A stretch of 64,000 nucleotides of DNA, taken from the NCBI GenBank assembly GCA_964057225.1, contig OZ059899.1, positions 7,068,001-7,132,000 of the forward strand. The letters are read 5' to 3'. Below, one piece after another: positions 55,067-64,000 of the stretch. Under the pieces are notes generated by a model that made no database searches, was not told where the DNA came from, and saw only the letters and a program-made list of their open reading frames with translations. A program made the position numbers and the translations under genes. Origin of the DNA: Auanema rhodensis (taxonomy: Eukaryota; Animalia; Nematoda). Every line of letters begins with the position of its first letter. Within the stretch, counting starts at the first letter, position 1.

Positions 55067-58000
55067 CTAGTCAAAACTAAGTATTTTAATAGCGCTTTCA
55101 ATTGCAAATTGTAGACGCGTAAAGCTCATTACGAAGTTATGTATGGCAGAAGTAGAATTATCCTTTTGTTCCAAAAAATCGAAACATGGATCTAGCATAC
55201 AAGCAAATGAATTAACATGTGAAGGATGTCTGGAAGGTGAATACAGTATATGCTTATATATTGGTTGCTGGAAAGCATGTGCATCCAACATAGATCTCTC
55301 AAGTAATATAAGTCGGCTGTTTAACTGTTCAACGCGACCGACAGAAACAGACGACAACCCTGTTGAAATATCCTGAATAAACAGATGCTTTTTCTGAAAA
55401 GCTGAAAAAAATATGCTACCTGTATTTCAAGTTGAAAAGCGGTAGCTACATGTAAAAGACGCCGAAGGGCATGCTTGACACCGTTTACTTTTTCAGAATA
55501 TCGAGGTACATGCTGGGTAATATTCAAATAAGAAATTTGAGTTTCAGCTTTGTGAAAAAGTGATGATATTGATTGAGCAAAGTGTAACGGATGAAAAGGA
55601 ATAATCTAAATATACGGAGAATATACGATGTAACAAGAGTTTATGAAGAAATACCAAACGATTAGATAGTTGATGAACAATTTCCATCCAAAGTTGGCCC
55701 ATTGTCAGCATAGAGGAGAAGTTAGGATCCATTAAATTTTCGACTGTCCAAAACGTTTCGTACATAGTATGATAGAGGGCATATGACATTCCAGGTAAAG
55801 ACTCCATTTTTAAATCAGCAGATGGTACACCAGCAAAAGTAATGAATCTCTGAAATATTCATATAAGTTATCTTAAATTGATTTTAAAGATCACCTGATA
55901 ATCTGAGCCTCCTGTTGGTAACCCGATTTCAGGCATTGTTCGATCTCCAGAAAATGGGCTTTTACCGCGATAGAAAAGCCAAGAATCCAATAGTGAGTTT
56001 CGAGCATGAGATAATTCATGGGCGTTTAGTTGAGGTACTTTTTCAGCTGAATCCACGATAAGACGATAAAGGAGCGGAACAGCCTTCACATCAAGCGTCG
56101 TATTACCAGATATGTGATCGACATTAATGTAGGCAACAGCTCTTGAAAAATAATATTATTTAATAAAAATTGCAAGCATATATATGTATACCGAGTGTTT
56201 AAAACAGATTGCATTTCTTCAATCCATTCTGTTGATCCTATCAAACCAAACTCTTCCGCGTCCCAGTGACAGAATACAATTGATCGACGTGGAGCATTAT
56301 TATCATAATACTACAATTAATTAAATTAGGTGGAAAATAATAAGAAAAATTTACCTGAGAAGCGACCCGAGCCATTTCAAGTTGGGTAGCAGTACCCGAT
56401 AGGGGATCAATAGCACCCTGAAAAGTACTTATTGTGCAAGAAATAGGTAAGCTACTCACGCTTCCCCAAGCATCTACATGATTTCCTACAAGAACCCATC
56501 TGTCTGGCTCTTCTTTTCCTCTCAATGTAGCAATTATGTTAGTAATAGTTCGTTTGGCGTTTCGAGACCGAACGTTCATTCGAAAAACTTGGCTTCCTGT
56601 AAGACGATACGGGGATTTCAAGCCACCTCTCCAAGCAGACACCTGAATATGAGCAGTAAAAAATGCTTAAATTATTAAAAAAACCTTTATTACTGGCCCA
56701 TTAAGATATGACATTATTCGTTCAGCATCATCATAACCGATTGGTGTGACAGGGAGAGAATTTAGATAGCCTTTATAAACAAATTGTATTGGCAAGTTGC
56801 AGTAAACATTATACCTTTTCTTGCAACAGATTCTTGAGTTTCAGAACGATAGACATATGGCAGAGATGGAAAGAGTGGAGTCAAAGGATCACCATGTGTT
56901 GCGAGAACAGAACCTCTCTGAGCATCAGTTCCCGGCAAAAACACATCATCAGGAAATGTCTTAAAGTTTTATCTGATTAGAAACCTGATAGAAGTATCCT
57001 ACCCTATTTTCATTAGCATTCGTATAATGCATTGGATCACTAAAAAGAATAACACCAGCAGCACCATGTCGTTTAGCTTCTTTCACTTTTTCCGATCTTG
57101 ATATTCCTCCATATCTGATCAAAGCAATAGCTCCAGATACATCAATAGACCACTAAAATATGAATATCGGTGTCCAGCTAAACAATGAATATATCTTACT
57201 GATTTTAATTCCTTATAATCTTCAGCCATTCCATAATTGCAATAAACTATGCGGCTTTCTACTGACCCATTGCCTGAGTAAGCATTCCACCAGATTGCTG
57301 ATCGTGGATCTGCTTGCTGAAAGAAAAACTTTATTGATGACAAATATCAAAATATTGTACCTCTTTAGATGCTTCTATTGGACCTAATTTCACTCCATAT
57401 CCATGACTAACTGTCCTCCAATTGTTGTCTTCATCGCGAGTTTCAATTGAATTTGGACGATTAAAATCAGGATAATTCAGCAGTACAGTATAGTTATAAA
57501 TTTTCACATTAAGTCCCATACTTTCATACTAGAAAAGCAAACAATATCAATGAACATAAAAACTATTATACCTCAGCGGCAATTGTACGCATCAAAACTG
57601 AATTATCATTAAGACCAGCTATGTGATTATTTCGCGACATCCACTTCAGATTACTTCTAATGCGAGCAGGATCAAAAAGTCTTTGTAATTGTTCGGACGA
57701 TTCTTCCAACTTAAAGCATATTATTCTAAATATACACTGATAAAAAACGGGAAACCTTTTTCTGGTCTTCATATAATCGTTTCTCATAAACGTTTTCTTC
57801 ATTGCGTTGCCGACAAAAGGAAACTTCTTGTCTTAAACGTGCTAGTGCGATCATAAGAAGTAAAACGAATATGCTTAGTAGAACTATAAAAATAGATGCA
57901 AGAAATAGAGGAATCCATTGATATTTATCGAATATTTTATGCTTCCTGAAACAATACAATAAATATTAATTAGATGCTTAGAATCGTACCTATATTTCAG

Positions 58001-58126
58001 TAGAGAATCACTCGATGATCGAGAAAATCGAGATGGGCTACTGCTCATACTGGATGATTCAGTAGAATTTAATAGGCTATCGTTCACCGAACAAACGTCG
58101 ACCGTTGACGAATCCATTTTACTCAT
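55067..58126 (-). CDS. M28B metallopeptidase, glutamate carboxypeptidase II / NAALADase-like type II membrane protein, about 809 aa
   Basis: 15 exons: 58126-57990, 57945-57756, 57709-57572, 57528-57361, 57316-57200, 57152-57003, 56959-56815, 56770-56685, 56642-56460, 56417-56355, 56310-56192, 56141-55895, 55849-55655, 55605-55420, 55372-55067 (2430 nt, intact). It has an N-terminal TM helix ([26 protein letters not shown]) and a PA domain ([32 protein letters not shown]). Zn and catalytic motifs: [40 protein letters not shown]. The C-terminus is a TfR-like dimerisation region (KHILYSPS). Confidence 0.95.
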
Positions 58127-61100
58127 TGTAATCAAATTGAAAAATGATTTTCATCTTAAAAAACGCAAACTCTCTGTTTTTTATTGTTTAAATGAATGAG
58201 ATCGCAGATAGGATTAGTCATTTCAAAACTCAGATTAAATTAAAAGAAATATGAAAACATCAAAACAATAAGAGAAACGATTCTCTATCAAAGTATCAGA
58301 GGTGAAGAGCAAAAGAACAACATATAAAATTTCCAATGTGTCTGAGCATAATTTTCGATAACCAGCTACAAGAGAAATCAGAAGAAAAGAAGAAGCAATA
58401 CGAAAGCCAATTGTGTGCTTTGTTTCTAGAACATACAATAAGGTGAAAACACTAATAATTATTATAAAAGTGAAAATGACATAAAAATATTATTCAATTC
58501 TATTAAGATTTTACGATGCGAAAATATCCTAGCTAGAACTTCATCATATTGTAATATGAAGCACAAACTCAGCTTAGCAAAGTGGCAGTTGAAAAATTTA
58601 ATGAACCGGCTGTATATAATACAGTTTAGAAGAAATTAAAGAGACAAATAATTGAATAGATTCAGATTATAGTCTTTCTGGAAATCTAGAAGCAAGAAAA
58701 AACACGGTCATAATAAGATGCTGATGTCCACAACGATCTCGCGCCCCTTGTCGTTTGAAACAATGTTTGCATATGCTTGTAATACATTCGGAAGACCGGC
58801 TAGCACACGGAAAAGCCGAAGAAATATTGTTTGATTATGGGAGAGGGTAGAAAATGTCCAGTCCCATGAAAATCCCAGATTCTGATTCGAGAACGGAGCA
58901 AAGAGTCAGCAGATTTTCAATTTCAATTTTTAATTCGATAAGCAGTAAAACAGATAGTGGATAAACATCCACAAAATATGCATAAAAAAAGCTGGGAGCG
59001 ATACAAATAGTAGTATGATGTAATTGAAAGATGATATAAATCTGCGGAACTGCATGGAATGGTAAAATGAATAGTACGACCACTCAGCTGGATTCTATAT
59101 AAGTGATTATATATTGCTTTTACAACTTTCCGATTCAGCATTAATATCACAATATGATTAAATAACTGCATAGCTAGATTATATTCGAGAGTAAATTCAG
59201 AATTGAAAAAAACATAACAAACAATTAGTTTTTTACAGCCAATAATGAGATAGCTCTCTTGTAAACTTCGTACATAGAAGGCGTCCTATGCTAATTAGCA
59301 TAGAACGAGGAAACGAATGGTAATTAAAGCTGTCGACATCGTCATAGTATATTCTTTTGCTTAACTTACAACGACTTCAGTTACAATATTTGAATCAGAA
59401 CAACTTCATCATTATGATCATCTGAACAAATATGTATCCGATTGGCCTTTCCCAAATAGTTGATGACAGCACGTATTTGACATTTGAGAAAAAAGCCGAA
59501 AGCCTAGTTAAGTTAACACACCTTTCTTACGTTTGAAGATGAGATCTATCTTTTTCGTAAGGTTTTCTCTCTGCCTCTCTCATAGAAATACACACAAAGT
59601 GTGAGTAAGCCGAAAAATTGACATCGAAATATATTACATATATTCTTATATTAAACAGGGCAAACATTATAAGCATAAAAAGCCGCCTTTAAAAGGCTCA
59701 GACCACCAGAAATGAAAATGTTAATGTGTCATCGTGTACAGGAAAAGAAAACATATGCTATGAAAACTTTCGAATCGACAATCATCTTTTTGATTTGAAT
59801 AGTTTAGCTCAGCTCTTGCATAGCAAAGGATAGCCCGACCATATGGGAAGGGAGAATAACGACACGAGAAATTATGATTAGAAGGGAGCATGAAGATGCT
59901 CAAGAGGATGTTTCTGAACAAAATATCCATCTCGAACATTCGAGTAAGTACGGAGTGACATATTGTTAGACAGCATAATTTGCATAAAGCTTGCAGTTTC
60001 AAATATGATGACCAGAAATAATTAAGAAATACATCAAGTAAGATCTATAAAAGTAGAACTATGCATATCATTTTCAAATAAAAAATAGGAGTAAGATAGT
60101 TTTCAACTATATTTTATGTATAAGAAGCTTATACTTTAGTAAGGTGAAAAGAGAGACACTTTTCATTTACCAACAATATGTTAGCAATATTTTCAGTCAT
60201 AAACATCTTTCCTTAAGATAACATGTTAAAGAAGCATAACTTCACTTGAAAATATCGCTTTCAGTATAATCGCATTCAGATATTAACAATGGAAATTTTC
60301 ATAAAAATATTGCAGTATACAACAGAGCAAACGTTATACTTTCAAAAGTCTTAGAAACTTTGAGGCTGTGAGTGTAACAACAGAATTGGTAGGTGTTATA
60401 GAATATGGATAAAGCCACGAAAGCATTTCTTTGTCTTTTCAAAACCAGTAAGAATCGAAATTTCAAATTGAGATGCATAGGAGGCTATAGCAAGAAATAA
60501 GAACGAAAACTAATGCAAAGTTGAACAGATACATGAAAAAGTGGCAAAGCAATGAAATTCAAAATCAGCCTATCGAAAACCCTATGTATCATCCTTTTAA
60601 AAAAACTAGCCAATGTAATGGTAAACTAACAAGGCGATATGTACGAAAAAGTCACTCGTAGGTGACAAACTGCCCTTTAGTGAGTAGATATATAGTTAAA
60701 AGAAGTATTATTTAGAATTGTATTCTCAATCAACCTCTTCTCATATAAGTTCTCACATTGATTATGAGAAGATGAGTTCTATCAATAGCGTGCAAGTTGA
60801 CAAGCGTAGATGAAGTGGACTGCACATACGGTCCCATATTACCTTATGTAATTACGTAACGTAACCCGCACATAGTGTGAACACCACATATTATTATATC
60901 GTAATATACAACACTATATATGGGTTATATGAACAAGACGAAGTAAGAACAGAACGTTAAACTTAAATCATATGGAACTGCTAAGAGATCACAAAAGAGC
61001 AACGATGGCTTAAACTAATAACGTCCGACGGGAAAAAAGCAAGACATTTTTTTCGTCGGAGATCATCAAAATAATGCCAAGAATGTCCCTGCCCAAGTCC

Positions 61101-64000
61101 ATAAATCTAGAGAAAGTAGTCTTTCTGCAAAAGACGTAGTTGAGTTGGGTTGTCATAGGAAAAAGTTTGAGCAAGTTATTAAGGAGAGATAGAGAGACCC
61201 AGTTCATGCAAAAAAAACTTAACGAAAAGTACTTTAGGCATAAATTAGCAAAAAATATTCTTATACTCTCAAGAAAAACAATGAAACCAAGGACAAAAGA
61301 AGATTGTTCAACGAGGTTAACGTGAAATTATTACTATGCGAGGCGCTAAAAACCAGTAAGTATGAGTGCTACATAAAAATATAATTACGCCGGCATTATA
61401 GAAATTCAGTTTTTATTCAAATCCTTCGGAAAAACATAGTTTTGAATTATATTGAAGGTTACGAAATAATATTTGAGCTGAATAGTTTGAACTGCAGATC
61501 GGTTTTCGGATGTGCTTGGTCAAAGAGGCTTCGGAACATAGCAACCGAAACAACTAAACCGATCAACCTCAAAACGATGGTAATAAAAATCCGGCTACAA
61601 GAGGAAGAACGTATGTGTTAATGAGAGGTTCATTGATGCGCACTAAAGATAATCAAAGTTTGTCTAAGACATTAATCTTATAACCTCTTATTGAAACAAC
61701 ATGAAGAAACAATAAAGGAGCGTAAACTTAAAGAATGATATTTAAAAAATTTACACAAACTGCCAAATTAGATAATCGAAACTATGACTTTTTTAAGAAA
61801 AAAATAAGTGCAAAGTCGGCAAGATTAAAACATGAACAGCGTCTTTAACGCACAATGTTTTCGTCATTTAATTTTCATTATAATAATGAGTAGACATATA
61901 AAGCTGGAAAATGATAACGGAACATAAAAACCAAACATAAAACGAAGAATAATCATTTATAGTTCGAAGAGGGTAGTCTTGTTCAGGTTAGGTGAGAAGC
62001 TTCTGTGAGAAGTGAGGTGCTATAACCGAATTATAACCCTTTTAATCCATTTGAAGCATTTTGACAGTCGTGCGAGTGGCCGTTATTAAACGAACCGGGT
62101 CTTGACACAGAAGCAGCCACAACCACCCCTTTCCCCTCATATAGGCATACACATATAATCATCACTGAGTGGTGACAGCTGTATGCAAATCGTAGGACAA
62201 ATATTGGCATAACTATGCAATATCCTTATATGAATTCGATTTAAGTCATACGATTACATAATTAAAATAATGTTAGTTATGAATAGATCGTGTCCTCAAA
62301 GTGGAGAAAAAGGTGAAGAAAAATTGAAATTCGCTGTTGATTTAAGCGGAAATCATAAAGTGGATACATGTAATAGATATGGTTACATCTTCTTTAATGT
62401 CTGACAGCACTCATCGAGACTAGCATGATCATTTTACATATTTTGGAATAATTTGATATCAAAATTTAAAAAAAAACGTGAAAAAATTCAATTCAAGTTT
62501 GATAAGTCAAAGGAAACGTCATGAGCATGAGGTTAGCATGAGAAAACAGTACTCGCTTCAAGGCCTGAATATCGGACACATATGAGAAGTCAATTTTACC
62601 ATATGTTCCAGAAGGACAAACAGCAATGTGAATGACAATAAACACCACAGTCTTTCTGAACAATACCATTGATAGAAAACTATAATATCTAGGTAACACT
62701 CAACAGATGGAAAAAAGAATATCTTTTGTTTCCTAAGTAGTTATTGCACGATACATAACCTAAGGGGAATCAAACCGGATATGAAAAAGCGTGAAGAACT
62801 ACGAAATTTTCAAAATTTTCGCTACTTTCAGAAGTTCGAGCGTCGAAAATGCCATTAATCGTAATTCCATCTCTTCATTCATGTCTAGCCTTCTCTAGAT
62901 ACGAAAATCTCAGTCCCAAAAGGGAGATACATCAAAGTCCTAACAATAAAACGCAAGCACACTTCATCAATAAAACTGCTCAGCATATCATGGTCATGAT
63001 ATATTACAATCAACTTTTTCTGCAGTATGGTCGCATGCAAATGTGATTGATATTTAAAGAGTCGTCAGAATATATTAGAATAGTATTAACTTGAATCGAA
63101 CATCTTTTGTTAATATTCGAAAGCTTGTTAGCGTATTTACTACGCTTACACACAGAAGTCTCATAAAAGATTATGATGAATTGCAACAGAATAAGTGACA
63201 CCTGAGATGCGATGCAATCCCATGGCTCTAGTGGGCTTGTTCTTCATTACTTCAACTATCCCGAATGCACGAGCATTACTACATGATCATTGAAATTACA
63301 ACCGACTGATAGGTCCGACAACTTATCACAAACTTATGGGTGACAACGATATGATGATGTTACAGGTGAAATATTAACGGAACAGGCGGTATAAACGAAT
63401 AGAAAAGAAGATATATATATATATCTATAATACAGCAAGCGGCAAGCACAAAGGTGCTTATTGCCAAATTCAAGCCAGCTAATGAACCCTAATTAATAAA
63501 TGTTATAAAGTATCTGATAGGGTAACCGCAAAACACTTGGGTTAGAACGGGCGTAACAATAATATGCGAAAAGAGAAATGTTTTAATTCAAAGACAATGT
63601 CCTTCCGAGTTTACAATTTCCAAACATGCTTGCTGAGAAATAATATACATCTCAGCCAAACCGCAATCCCAGAAAGCCAGATTATTAATATTGTTTATAA
63701 ACTATCTTGAATTATATCGAGAGTAAATCTCAAGGGTTAAGATATACATGAAAAATACCAAATGAGAATTCAATATTTAGGCTAAATGTCATGTTGAGCG
63801 CAAATCTATCTTTCTTACAGGCACTTTATAATGCCACAGATATCTTCATTTATTCAAGTAAAGCTCAAGATTATTCTTACATTTGATTAAATGAGCAAAG
63901 CGGACACCGAGGAAACTAATTTAAATGCGTTCAAGTAGGTGGTATAAGTATTTGGAACACCAGATGCTCTAATCAAGCACAAAATTCTTAAAGGAATAAG

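Noticed and set aside
58530-58565. Minus-strand SYYNMM, resembling the rhomboid HLYxNM motif
   Set aside because: It lacks the His residues, is followed at once by a stop, and has no flanking rhomboid similarity.
1-64000. CRISPR arrays, rRNA/tRNA genes, transposases or prokaryotic systems
   Set aside because: None seen. There is no regular repeat-spacer pattern or long intronless ORF, and the window is intron-rich nematode-type DNA.

Overview
This is eukaryotic, AT-rich genomic DNA with many 42-55 nt introns. The proteins point to a rhabditid-type nematode, though not C. elegans itself. The six-frame ORF track is mostly low-complexity noise, so I built the genes by hand from splice sites and reading-frame continuity. 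There are five protein-coding loci. (1) dve-1, a SATB/Dve-type COMPASS plus two-homeodomain transcription factor (+, 11 coding exons, 5170-21482). (2) An Str-superfamily 7TM chemoreceptor (-, 6 exons, 23325-24739), convergent with dve-1. (3) An LZTS/ProSAPiP1/N4BP3-like coiled-coil gene (+, 22 exons, 28982-53302, about 805 aa), with a probable alternative first exon and a GC-AG intron. (4) Only the 3' half of an RHBDL4/RHBDD1-like rhomboid with a UIM (-, 54159-54762), which begins at the last Gly of the catalytic GxSG motif. (5) An intact M28B GCPII/NAALADase-like peptidase (-, 15 exons, 55067-58126), lying directly upstream of the rhomboid fragment on the same strand. Four observations stand out. 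The peptidase appears nested in, or inserted into, the rhomboid gene, with operon-like spacing of about 100 nt to the orphan rhomboid exon. A pair of in-frame dve-1 splice donors would create or destroy a SUMO consensus (FKQE, K326). The peptidase has lost the glutamate-recognition residues. About 20% of splice acceptors are AAG. I found no rRNA, tRNA, CRISPR array or recognisable transposase.
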